Below are positions 25,912 through 38,030 of a DNA stretch of 64,000 nucleotides, in pieces. Numbering within the stretch: position 1 is the stretch's first letter; every line of letters starts with the position of its first letter. The DNA comes from Tubiluchus corallicola (taxonomy: Eukaryota; Animalia; Priapulida): contig JAQGDQ010000135.1 in assembly GCA_030141605.1 (NCBI GenBank), positions 434,001 through 498,000 of the forward strand, in the 5' to 3' direction. The notes under the pieces are model-generated. The model had not been told where the DNA came from. It did not search any database and saw only the letters and a program-made list of their open reading frames with translations. The position numbers were made by a program, and so were the translations under genes.

Positions 25912-26736
25912 TTGCACGTTGCGATGATCAACGAAGCATATCTGCAACTGACTCACAACTGGTTATGCAATACCGAGGTTTTTAATGTCCATGATCAATT
26001 GCTGTTTATCGTAACCGACGACGCCAGTTATTCGTCACTCCAGAAACGTTGGCCCAATGTGAAAGTATTTCATTTAAATACGTTAGAAAAACTCAACGAC
26101 AAGTATTCGTATGGCACTTGGAACTACAGGTATTATTTACTTCTTCGAGTGAAGTTCTTGTTAAGTTTACTGAGAAACAACATTCCCTTTGTGCTCTTTG
26201 AAACTGACAGCTTGTGGCTGAGAAATCCCAATGAACTGTTAAGAAACTACAGCAATTATGACATCATTGGAGCACAAATTGGAGCAAAACTTGAGAGACA
26301 AAACTACTCAGTTAACTACATGTTCGTTAATTCGACTAATGAAGGTGCAGAAATTTGGGGTGAAATGACGAAACGTTTGGAAAATGCCATTACAAAGACC
26401 TACGAACAAGATGAGCTAGATCGTTTGTGTAAACACAAGTTTGCTTCAGCCAAATGTACGTTATTTCCTTACAAATACGTCAGCGATGGTATATGGTACA
26501 GAATGAGTCCTAGTACAAGAGCAAAAATAGTTCCTGACCCTTACATAATAAATAACAATTTCATTGTAGGCATACCCAACAAAATGTCTAGAGCTAAAAG
26601 TTTAGGTCATTGGTTTATGGGTGAATCTTCCATCTGTAACGTCACTCACGTAAATCACGTTATAAAAACAGGTGGACGATCTTCATTAATTTGTCCTTTT
26701 GGAAGCAGCAGCGCAAAGTGCGTGCCCAAAGTTTGA
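25912..26736 (+). CDS. nucleotide-diphospho-sugar transferase (Nucleotid_trans PF03407 / GT77-like) catalytic domain
   Basis: 274-codon ORF with MINEAY..T.NWLCN, LLRVKFLLSLL, DxD-like FETDSLWLRNP, YEQDEL, DGIWY and INNNFIVG..NKMSRAKSLGHWF. True start or TM exon unresolved (in-frame TAA at 25861; first ATG at 25924). Confidence 0.82.
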   Translation: MHVAMINEAYLQLTHNWLCNTEVFNVHDQLLFIVTDDASYSSLQKRWPNVKVFHLNTLEKLNDKYSYGTWNYRYYLLLRVKFLLSLLRNNIPFVLFETDSLWLRNPNELLRNYSNYDIIGAQIGAKLERQNYSVNYMFVNSTNEGAEIWGEMTKRLENAITKTYEQDELDRLCKHKFASAKCTLFPYKYVSDGIWYRMSPSTRAKIVPDPYIINNNFIVGIPNKMSRAKSLGHWFMGESSICNVTHVNHVIKTGGRSSLICPFGSSSAKCVPKV

Positions 26737-27030
26737 TCATTAATATAATGATCAAACTTTGGACACCAAGCACAATTTTGAAATATTATATTAAATGTTT
26801 ATGATTTATTTATGACGATGATTAATTAACAACCAACTTACTGTAGACTATTTCTATCTAAATTGAAAACTGAAGGAAAACTGTGTAATGTTTTGTTTTC
26901 AGAGAGATGTAAAATTTTAAACGATTTGGCATCCATTCTTGAAAATATCAACCCAACAAAAATCATAGACGGATTCATGTATGGTAAAACTTTATTCTTT
27001 CTTACAAAAAAAAACAAAAAAAAAACAAAA

Positions 27031-27069
27031 AACGGATGTTTCGAAATCCATTGCGAGTTTCATCATCAG
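27031..27069 (-). ncRNA. minimal (Penelope-type) hammerhead ribozyme-like motif, left copy
   Basis: Minus strand reads CTGATGA-T-GAAACTC-GCAAT-GGATTTC-GAAAC-ATCC-GT-T. Core boxes intact, stem II nearly paired, mini stem III present; stem I not evident. Confidence 0.55.
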
Positions 27070-27082
27070 CATTATGTAGGTA

Positions 27083-27122
27083 CTGATGATGATATCCGCA
27101 ATAGGATTTAGCAATATCTGTT
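27083..27122 (+). ncRNA. degenerate hammerhead ribozyme-like motif, right (inverted) copy
   Basis: CTGATGA-T-GATATCC-GCAATA-GGATTTA-GCAAT-ATCT-GT aligns with the left copy; the GAAA box is mutated. Confidence 0.45.
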
Positions 27123-27829
27123 TTCTCTTTCTTGTACGAATCAATACGAAAATCATCTAAAACCTTAATTAATATATGATCTATTGCAAACATAATATAT
27201 TTTATCTACTTGTAGATTTTCGACCTTGCATTTGTTGTAGACCTTTCTGTTTGCGTGTCCTTTGTCTCATCTGATCACGATATGGCACGACTTTCTCCAT
27301 AATTATGCCTAAAGTATTAGCTAGTAGGCCTGTTTGCTGTAAAAGTTTTCATTTCGAAAAAGTTAATAAAATTCTTATTAAACATGACTTGCAAATCTGT
27401 AACTCATTTTTAAATATGCTACTACTGTTTATGGGATCTTTTCATAAAGGAAATAATAGGAATAGTCTATTTAAATATGTTAGAAGGCAACGTTGCAATG
27501 ACAACGGTGAGTCCTTAAAAATGTGTCTGAAACTTGGTTGTTATTGTCGAAGAAAATGCAGAACTTTTAAATAGCCGTTTTTCAAAGTTTTTTTGTTGTT
27601 GATAATGGTAATGTTCCACGTATGGTCTATAAAATTCCCATGCAATGTCAGTCTTGAAACTGATATGCATTTCCTGCCATGCTTCGTAAAATGTTAAATA
27701 AAATTATGCCAAAGCTGAGCAGAACAGCAGATGGAATATTTTCGCTTTTCCTTAAGAAAGTGAGGAATGACATTTGTGTCCATTATCTGCTATTTCCATT
27801 TGTTCTTTTAGAAACTGTTTTATCATATA

Positions 27830-28060
27830 TCTAGAGAAAAGTTGACGCTATGCTGTACCTATTTTTTAAAAAAGGCAAAAGTTCAAATCCTAGCAACTAC
27901 ATATAGACCCATATCGTTGACTTGCATAAAGTTTGCAAAATAATTGAAATGTGCGTTGACGTTATCTAAATGAACATAATTTTAATGTTAAATCAGTGAT
28001 TTGCCTGATTATATCATAGATGTTGCAGTCACGCGTTTGTCCCGGACGATGTCAAATTGT
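27830..28060 (+). mobile_element. CR1-like LINE RT fragment
   Basis: Decayed VPIFKKGKSSNPSNY-RPISLTCI-VCKIIE. Confidence 0.6.
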
Positions 28061-29779
28061 GCCACACTTTGAAAGTAAATAATTTTGATTCTTTACAAAA
28101 TTCATTAGACAAACTTTTAGAATGGTCAAATTAATAGTAATCAAGTGCTTCTGCAGGAAAATGTTCTGCTGTGCACATAAGACGTTAGAATCCTTCTGCA
28201 TCCCAATAATGTGGAGCCTTAAAGGAAAAAGCAATCCTCGAACAACATTCATTGTATTTTAATATATACATTAAAAATTACAACACAATACACCCTCTAC
28301 TGTAGCAGATTAAATCGTTGTGTATAGCTGTGTTTATGTAAAAATTAGTCATCGATTCGATTAGCTGTAATTTACATGATTATACCTCAGTATGAGAATG
28401 TATTGTAAATGCAATTCTGCGAGCATATACTAGGTACCGTATGGATACTTGTAAAGGTGAAGTTTAGCTTATTAAACTACTTATTCTGTGGTTTGTCGGT
28501 GTTGCGAGGCTACTGTTGTCGCTAACTGGTTTTCAATGAAATATTGGTGGGCAGCGGGATTCATCAAAAAGTAATAAGTAGCATTAATAATCTCCCATTT
28601 AACGTTTTCGATAATTTATAATAGATAAGAGTATCTGCAATTGCAAAAAAATTTGCTCAAGTACCTAGATGTGGATATTGCACTATAATCGATTGTCGTC
28701 ATCTGTAGCGCACAAGCGTGAAATGATCGCGATTTTAAACTGATTTTATTAAAAGTACACCAAGAGCTTATCACAGTTTTTATTGCTGAAACTTACTAAC
28801 CTCTTTCCCAAATATTAAAATAAGCTTAACCGCACCAGGATCTTGGTTTTTTCTTATTTCTCTTTGTGATTTAATTATTATATATCCAATAATCTTTGCC
28901 GTGAAATTGCTTCCGAAGCAAATGGTGCAACGAATATAATGATCTTTCGTTGTTTTCAGTTTTTCATCAGACAGAGTCATTTTGCTTAAGGCCTTTAAAT
29001 CTTTACATTCGTCCTATTGTGTAATTTTCTACGTCAATATGGTGTCACCAAAAAATAAGGAATTTATGTTCTTATATAATTACATTATTTTGACTTAATC
29101 AACAGTTCTGATGACCTACATGGTTTTTGCCTCGGTGGTAAATAGTAGGTTGGAAAGAAATTTCTGTCTTTCTATGTTTGCGATTGAAATTTGTAAAATT
29201 AATAAAAAAAAAGTATGAATATTAGAAAGTAAGCATATATATCTGGCAACTAGAAATGAGATTTGGATGGATGCTATAAATTTTTTTGTTGTTAACATTC
29301 CACTATGTAAAATAAGTTTGAAACAACAGTTTAAAATGCATCAAGTGATGACAGCAGGAGAATGCATTATGTACTATTATATTAATAAATCTAATTTATT
29401 CTGCATTTGCATAAATACAATACATATACTACATGCATTGTATAATTATGAAATGCATAAACAGTTATCACAGTTAATTACATTATAATAATATTATACA
29501 ATAATGGGCATAAAAGTTATCTTTTTTTTCAATAAATATTCTCTAATGTATATGGTGCATTACAGCACCTGATACAAATGTCTGCAATATAAATACTAAA
29601 AACTTTATTTAAAATTTAAAACCAAATTAATTATGTAAATTGTACGATGCTAGGATTAAATTTGTAAAAACTATAAATATAAGTAAACTACTACAATTAT
29701 TAGCAGCAGTTTTCCATTACATTTAATTATTCTCAAGTATATATAAACCGGTTTGCTCAATTGCGTATCATGTCATTAT

Positions 29780-32680
29780 GAACTAGTTCCCGTATGATAT
29801 TGATGTACAAACTAAGAGTAGACTCGTTTCGATTTCTATTACTGTATTTATATCCATTATGTCTCGTTTCATTTTAAGTAATTCTTTATTGTTATTGTTA
29901 TTTTTCATACAAATGCAATCAAAGATTAAATGGTGTGGTGTTTGAAAGTCATTATTACATTGACACATTATCACTAACTCAAAGGTTATATTTAAAAGCA
30001 TTAAAAGCATTACAGCCTCTACCAAGTAGTAAACTAAATGCACTTGTTTCAATAAGTCTGTCATATTCTCCTAGAGGTAACATTAAAGGGGTGGTGAAAA
30101 TTGGGACCGTTTTCCGAGGCAGACCAGCTAGCGGATTACCATGCTGCAGATTTCTGTGCCACAGAAATTTATTAACAAATTTATTAACTTCTGACTTACT
30201 ATATTTGACGTTTAGTGAATTAACACAGGCATCAACCAATTTTTGATTACGTGGAATTTCTATAGCTTTAGTGATTTTTAGAAATGACTTGGCTTTTATG
30301 ACATGATTTGCTATGAAGTGGTTAGTTGCTTGGCCGCTAATTAACGAAGTGTCGATCTGCTCTTCCCCACACCTGGCCAAATCGCTTTCCGGTTGACCTA
30401 GAATTTTCATCAAGAATTTACAAATAATAGCAGAATATTGTACCTCGAGAGGTGGGTTCCTTTTCTAGTTCCTTTTTAGGTAGGTTATAAGATACTCCTG
30501 TGGCTGTTTTTACTATGTCGTACACAGAAGATCATCGAAGACTTTTAATTGTTTATCTAGCCAGCAAGAAGCTGCGTATAACGATGTGGGTAATGCCACT
30601 GTTTTAGCTAGGTTCATAATTCAGGCCAGCTTTAGTCCTCTATATTTAAAGCAAAAACTTTTAATTTTTTGCCATTTATTCCAGCATTTTCCCTCACGTC
30701 TGCTACATGAACAGAAAAGCTCAGTTCTTTGTCAACTGTTATACCTAACACATTAATAAAATGTCCATATACTTAATCTGCATGTCACCGAAGCGTAAAT
30801 TTGGTGGTGTGGGTTCATATTTTAAATTTAACGAAGTTTTAAACAGAATAGCCGCGGTTTTGTTAACCGCACAGTTGATGTTCATGCGCCATCTATTACA
30901 CGATCTATACGGCTTGTGACATTGTTTTTGCGCTTCTGTATATGCACGATACATTGATCTGTTATAGACATAGACATAGAACATTTATTTTCTCCATTTG
31001 TTTGACATGACAAGTTTTTTTAGTTATTACTTAATTATAGTAGTGGAGCAGGGCAGGGAAGGACCATAGGGTCATCTAGTCTCCTGCCCTGTCTAATAAT
31101 TAAATTAGCATATTAAAAGTAAATGGTGAGACTGCGGATAACAAAATCAAATAGGAAAAGAAATAATAATAATAAACAGTATAAATGAAAACAAAGTATA
31201 AATGAAAACAGTATAAGTGAAAACAAAAAATAATAAAGTTAGATGACACCAAAATCTAAACAAAACAATACAAGTAATTATGATTATTATATATATTTTC
31301 ATATAGGGGCCTTATTGACAGGGGATTTTGACTGTATGGAGAGATAAAATAAGTATCAAAAAAAGTGTAATATAGAAAATTTAAGAGAAAAAGTAAGTAT
31401 AAGAAAGAGCAACAATTACTTAGGAGATGAGAAGAAAAAACACACTTGATAGCTTGCTTATTAGTCTTACAAGTTATGTATTACAGGTATATTCATTTAG
31501 TAAGAATTTTGTGTATTTTTTGGAAGCAGAAAATAAGCTACCGCCAAAGGTATCTTTTGGCAACGAGTTCCATAATTTAACTCCTCGTGATTTTAAGCTA
31601 TTGAAACCATGTCGGGTAAAAAATCTCTCCACAAAATACTGTTCATTAGAAGCAGCTCTTGTGGAGTAGGAATGTATATCAGAAACATTAGTGAAATATT
31701 CTCTAAAAAGTTCGGGTAATAAACCAGCATTGAATTTATACATAAATTTGAACAACTCAAGATTGTAAATATCTCTTACTTTTAAAATTTTTAATTTTAC
31801 GAACGATGGTGTAGCATGATCATATTTGCGAGCAAAAGTTATTAATTTTACTATTTTGTTTTGTTGTGTCTGTATTAATTTTTGAGTTGATGCAAAAGCT
31901 GTACCCCATGTTAAGATGGAATATTGTAAATAAGGGAAAACTAACGAATTATATAGAAGTTTCAGAATATATTGGTCAACGTAGTGCCTTACTTTTAAAA
32001 TTATTCCAGTAATTCGACTTAATTTGTATGTTATGTGTTTTATATGTGGTTCCCATGTTAATTTATTATCAATGAGTAGGCCCAAGTATTTGATGTTGTC
32101 TGTTTCTTCAATTTTGTGTTTGTTTATTATAATATGAAATTTTGGATTATTAGCATTGTTAATTTGCTTATTGTTGATTATCATAAATTTGGTTTTTTTG
32201 TAGTTAATTGATAGCTGGTTTGCCCTCATCCACAGGTCTATTTTTTTCATTTCGTCATTAACAGATTTTTGCAGATTATTTATATTGGAGTCAGACATGA
32301 ACAAATTATAGCTACTAGGAAAGTGCTCTCGTCAGCATATTTATATTTTGAGAAGTTGACATTATTGTTATTATCAAACATGTCTGCCACATAAAACAAA
32401 AACAAAATTGGCGATAGCGCTGAACCTTTTGTGGTGAACCAATATCGCACGAATGAGTTTGTGAGATAAAATTATTGGCCTTAAGATAAATATTGCGATT
32501 TTTCAACAAAGATACAATCAACCACAGCATTTTTCCTTGAATGCCTCTTTGAAACAATTTTCATATCAGCCCATCAATCCAAATACTATCAAAAGCCTTA
32601 CTAAAATCACGAAACACGGCTATGCTTCCTAGTTTGTTGCCTTTCAAATTTAGACATAAGCCTGTACAGATATTACTAGG
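29780..32680 (-). mobile_element. degenerate LINE 'A' (RT and C-terminal region), interrupted by LINE 'B'
   Basis: AVFRDFSKAFDSIW, GIQGKMLWLI, GSPQ and YADESTFL at 32315-32640. It resumes below 30967 with RWRMNINC..KTAAILF and YAASCW. Confidence 0.75.
30968..32305 (-). mobile_element. 5'-truncated CR1/L2-group LINE 'B' with intact 276-aa RT C-terminal ORF
   Basis: ORF 31474-32304 (W...NQLSIN..KT, KYLGLLID.KLTW..HI, YNSLVFPYLQY...WG, GVKLWNSLP), 3' UTR hairpin CAGGGCAGG/CCTGCCCTG, AATAAA plus (CTATGT)n tail, TSD TTATAG (30962-30967, 32306-32311). Confidence 0.9.
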
Positions 32681-33299
32681 GTCACTGTAATCTGATTTAC
32701 CATATTAAAAAAAAAAACACAACTTTCGCATTTTTCCAAGGCCACTGGCTGCATTCTAAACATATGTTAACAAGATTAAAAAGGACTGCCTTTGCCCAGA
32801 AACCTATATGTAGGAGAATGCAAGCAACGTGAAAACGAAACATGTGGTACCCTTCTGTTTTGTGAGAAAAAAATAACATATTACTTATTTATTTAGGGAC
32901 CGTTAGATGTCTTCGAAAATCAGTAAAGCAACTGTTAAAGCACAAGAAAACCCTTCATAAACATAAAGCTTGAAAAATTCGTTTTGAAATTTTATATCAC
33001 TTACGTACTGCCTTTTTGCATGCAGGACTTCAATCGGCAGTCACGCTTTATAAAACATGTAAATTTAAACTACCGTGATGACCGTTAGACGCAACCATTT
33101 TCACGAGCTCATTTGAAACAAATTAAATAACATTTTGTAAAGTTTGAAAAAATATTCAAAGCATTCGTAGCGCACACGTCATTAACTGTTAAATTACCGT
33201 TTCTTGTCAATAAGATTAAAAATACGTTTTTTGGATAGTGAGTGGTGCACCCTAGAGGGTGAGTCAGTGACATTTTACCAATTGGTGAAAACATTTTAA

Positions 33300-33990
33300 A
33301 TAATTAATAATTTCCTTTTCTAGTTACATAAATCTTTCTAGCAGGTAAGCGAAAATCTAAGTAATATAGTCTTAGAGTCTTTTGAGATATAATTTAGCAT
33401 TGCCTTTTCTTCCCTTGATTTACGTTTGGCACATGACGTCAGGTAATGGCGACTTCGGAACAGTATTGCGGGAGATTTAAAATGAAAACAAACTAAAATT
33501 CCTTTCAGTGCGAGTAAGATATATGCATAAAATTGGATCGAGTTGTCAAATTTCTTAATATTTCACGCCAGCATAATAATTGCATCTTGCCAGAAGGGGT
33601 TCCCAAGCATTCCACTCTACTAGGAAAGTTTTTTCCATTTTCCAAAATGGGATTCTACCCAGTTTTTCAAAGAACATTTTTGCTACTTTTTGCCAATCTG
33701 TTGGCATTAGCCCGTGAATCAACCTAGATTTCAGGGATTTGGCAAACGATTCCAAATCTACCATATTTACTCCACCTGAAATTTCGGACATAAGTGTTTT
33801 TCGTTTAACTGTATCTGGTTTGCCACCCCAGACAAACTTATTTGCTAATTTCTCAATGGGTTTCAATTTTTCATAATTCACAACGAGGAGCAGTGGCAAC
33901 AAATGGACTATTTTTGATAATATTAAGGATTTAAAAACAGTTGTCCGTGCAAAAATCATAAGCGATCGCCAGGACCAAACATTTATAGTA
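33300..33990 (-). mobile_element. L1/Tx1-like LINE fragment
   Basis: RTTVFKSLILSKIVHLL...FVWGGKPDTVKRKTL....GGVNMVDLESFAKSLK. Confidence 0.75.
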
Positions 33991-34019
33991 TACCTTATCC
34001 AAGAATATCTTATCCAAAA

Positions 34020-35950
34020 AAATAAGGACCTAGATGGTAACTATCTATAAACGGTCCTCTCTCATATACCTTTTAAAACTGTCAATAGATGAAGCACTGA
34101 TGATTGATGATGAGAGATGATTCCGTGGTTGAGCTACACAATGCCCAAAGACGTGTGATCTGATGTTGGTTCTAGTTGGTTGCACAAATAACTTAGACTT
34201 AGAGGCCTGGAAAAAAAGTATTTCCGCTAATTATTTTGAAGCAGTTCACAAGGTCTACAGTCTTACGCCTTTGCTGAAGAGTAGAAATTGAAGCAGGATC
34301 CAAATCAATTGCAAGATGAGTACATCTATCCTGAGTTCTTTCGAGAGCATTCTTCAGAGTAGCATACTGGGGTGACCATACAACCGACGCATATTCCAGA
34401 ATGTGTCAAACAACAGCTTTGTAGAGAGGAATAATTACTGCTGCATTTCTCGATATCACACACTGTTTAATCATGCCAATAGTATGGTTTGCTTTTGCAA
34501 TGATATGATTCTCATGGGAATTCCATTTGAGGTCATTAGAAATCATTACTCCCAAGTCTCTGATACAACTTCTTTTTCAGCTATTTGAGCATTATTTAGA
34601 AACTAAGGTGTAATAGATGTATTGCGTATTCTAAGTAAAGTACATTTATTGGGTCTAAGTGTCATCAACCATTTACTGCACCAGTCTAAAATTTCATCAA
34701 AGTCATGTTGTAAAATATAACGATCAAGATGGTCCCAAATTGGACGGAAGAGCTTTAAATCATCAACAAAAAATGGAATGTTAGTACCTCAGGAAATACA
34801 ATCGGTAATATCATTTATGAAAATAAGGAAGCAGTATGGGCCCTCTCAAGGTTCATTTAGGGATACCACTTATGACGGGGCACCATTCAGTGGTTATACC
34901 GTTAAGAACAACACGTTGGAAACGATGAATAAGAAAGTAACTAAACCACTTAAGAAGTTTACCTCTTATACCAGAATATTCCATCTTAAGTAAGAAACGT
35001 TGGTAGGACAGAATCAAATGCCTTTTTGAAATCAAGATAAAGTTCATCAATACCAGGCAAAGTATGATCGAAGAAGCAAGTCCACTGATTTAAACACGAC
35101 AATAGATTAGAGACCACTGAACGTAGAGGAAGAGAACCATGGTGGGAGTTACACATTCGTTCAGTTTGAATAAGAAAGGTTAGAATCTCGTCCCACAATA
35201 CGGATTGAAAGCATTTGACAACAACTGATGACAAAGATATGGGGCGAAGATCATCACATTAAGGACATTTGACTGTTTAGGGATGGGGTTAACATTACAG
35301 TTAAGCCAGCATTGGGGGAGGACTCCAGAATGAAGAAATTTATGGAACAAAAGGAAAAGAGGGAGAGCAAGCTGAAGAGCACAGGATTTCAAAATAAAGC
35401 CATGTACTTCATTGGGCCTTTTATCCTTAAATGGTGTTGAGTTAATAACCTTGGCATATACATTGTTAATACTGAAATTAATGTCATTCAGAGAATCAGC
35501 ATTCCAGCCAGAAGAAGGAATAGGCAGGACATCGTCATCAGGCTCACAGGTGAAAAAAGAAGAAAAAGCATCATTTGTTGTAGAAGCGACCTTTTTAGGA
35601 CAAGTAAAACATCATTGTTACAATTTTTAATGCAACTAATACGGTTAGAAGGCTTCAAGAAGTATTTACTATACCTGAAGAATTCCTTGTCATTTTTGCT
35701 CAGAGCTCAACTTATTTGCAAGTCTATTTTCGTACCTCATCCTTGTGTGGCAAATAGACAATCTTAACTGCTGGCTGTGTCTGGTACACTTAACTAGAAC
35801 ACTACACAGATTAGTACGGTTCCACAACCTCCAAAGTTTAAGCTTCTTAGATTTAGCTTGACGGATACATTTATCATTTTCCCAGGCTGCACATAACTTT
35901 TTACACTCAGACTCTTAAAGGGATAAAATTATCAACTGCGTAGTTGTAGG
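34020..35950 (-). mobile_element. degenerate CR1-type LINE
   Basis: KSCALQLALPL, SGVLPQCW, YLDFKKAFDSV, GIRGKLLKW, QRVVLNG, FVDDLKLF, LEYASVVWSP. Confidence 0.85.
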
Positions 35951-36678
35951 AGAGGAGGAAAAATTATAACATTACAATTAGTAGAGCAAAATTCTGCCTA
36001 TCTTGTATTTTGTCATTTGTGTACATACATTGTATTAGAATCGAAAAGTAGGCATCGGCTAATGTTATTGTTTGTGAGAAAAGGTGACAATAAATAGAAT
36101 TTTTACTACTGCTATTACTAGTAGTGGTAACACGGGAACTATAGGCCTACATTTTCTGCTGCACACCTAGGTAGGCCTTCTGTTAATTTGTTTATGTTCT
36201 TCCTAGCGTGTTCATCAGATTCGGTATAGAAAACGTATAAATTTATTAAAATAATGATAAATTTTAAAATGCAGCAGAAAAACAGGATGTTTCAGCACTT
36301 GCTGGTGTCATCATTTTCTTTTCTTTTTGATTTTCTAAGCAATATTTGACTTTAGAGCGTTATTGTTTTACTGACCGAATATCAGTATCGGTCAGTAAAT
36401 CGGCAGTCGTCAAAATCGAATTGAATGAGTAAACAGATCGTGCAGAATTCCCATAGCAGACATAAGACGGATTCGTTGCTGAAATTGGATTTCAAACATT
36501 TTCAACTTTTAACATCAAACCCGAAGTGGCGGAGCGGAAACAGTGCGACACACAGGGCACAGGCACAGAGTGTTGATCCAGCTCTCAGAGCATTCCAGTT
36601 TGGCACGGGACAAGGCGTATTTTAGGTCTGTTTTATTATCTTTGGTGTTTTGGATCGACTAGAGCAAAAGTTAAATAG

Positions 36679-37228
36679 CATAGACATAGAACATTTATTT
36701 TCTCCAATTTCTTTGACATAAAAAGTTTTTTAAATATTACGTAATTATAATCGTGGAGCAGGGAAGGACCATAGGGTCATCTAGTCTCCTGCCCTGTCTT
36801 ATAATTAGATTAGTATATTAAAAATAAATGGTGAGGCTGCAGATAACAAAAACAAATAAGAAAAAATAATAAAAAAACAGTATAAATGATACAAATTATC
36901 AAAAAAGAAGTGAAAACAAAAAATAAGGTTAGATACCTAAATCTAAACAAAACAATACAATTAATCAGTAATTATGATTATTATATATAGTATTTTCAAA
37001 TAGGGGTCTTATTAACAGGGGAATTTGACCAAGGTTAGTGAGTAAAGTTAAAAAACTGAGAGTATGGAAAGATAAAATAAGTATCAAAAAAGTGTAATAT
37101 AGAAAAATTTAAGAGAAAAAGTAAGTACGAGAAAGAGCAACAATTACTTAGGAGATAAGGAGAAAAAAGAAAAAAAACTTGCTAGCTTGCTTATTAGTTT
37201 TACAAGTTATGTACTACAGGTATATTCA
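36679..37228 (-). mobile_element. second, shorter copy of LINE 'B' (3' UTR and last codons)
   Basis: Clear colinear identity with 30968-31497, including the tail and 3' hairpin. Confidence 0.9.
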
Positions 37229-37579
37229 TACGTGGTTTATGTCGGTAGGGTATTCGTAATACTTAATGGATTTATTAAATTTTGTTGTCTGAGCTTTGTA
37301 ATTTGTGAACTTTCGAATTAAAGACTGACGTTGCAAAATTGTACGCGTTTTTAGTTTATCTACTCGTACTGTTAACCACCAATCCAGTCCACCAACCATT
37401 TGTTAGGTAAGACAACGGCAAGAGGGCTCAGAGGCCGAGGTGTGTTCTAGGTCTGTTTTTATCTTGATGTTTTTGATCATCTAAAAGAAAGGTTCCAAGG
37501 CATAGCTTTTGTCTGTGGGGTATCCATAATAATTCATAATACTTAACCAACCTATTTATCATCGGTAGCTGGAACTGAC

Positions 37580-38030
37580 ACATTTTAAAACAAAATTACA
37601 AGCAATTTGGGTTGTTTCTGTATCATTTGAGGCTAATACTATAGTAATTTTAGTTTGACATCATCAAATAAGTAGGTAAAGTGTGGATATATAGCGTCAA
37701 TTTCCGTATAAAGGGTGTTTCTTAGTTGTTCATATCTACTACAGTGCAAGAGCATATGTGTTTCGTCTTCTGTTTCTTGTTTGTTTGTGCCTCTTTGTGT
37801 ACAGTATCTTTCATTGGCTGGTATTTTGTTAGGTTTATGATGCCTACCGGTTTCTATTGCAAGTGAGTGTGAGCTAATATGTAGTTTTGTGGAAGCAATT
37901 TTTGGCATTGCAGGTTACAGTATTAATTTGTAAGTAACTTTCTAATTAGTAGCATTCTTTAACTTTGCAGTAGGTTCTTAATTTGTTTCCATCGTTGTTA
38001 TTAGTGCTGTGTAACACTGTATAGTAAGCG
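37580..38030 (-). mobile_element. RTEX-like LINE C-terminal zinc-knuckle fragment
   Basis: TKLHISSHSLAIETGRH...ERYC...EDETHMLLHCSRYEQLR. Confidence 0.75.

Noticed and set aside
36367-36399. 12-bp perfect hairpin TTTACTGACCGA/TCGGTCAGTAAA as ncRNA or terminator
   Set aside because: The loop region carries ATCGG/CCGA motifs typical of hAT MITE subtermini; nothing else suggests an RNA gene.
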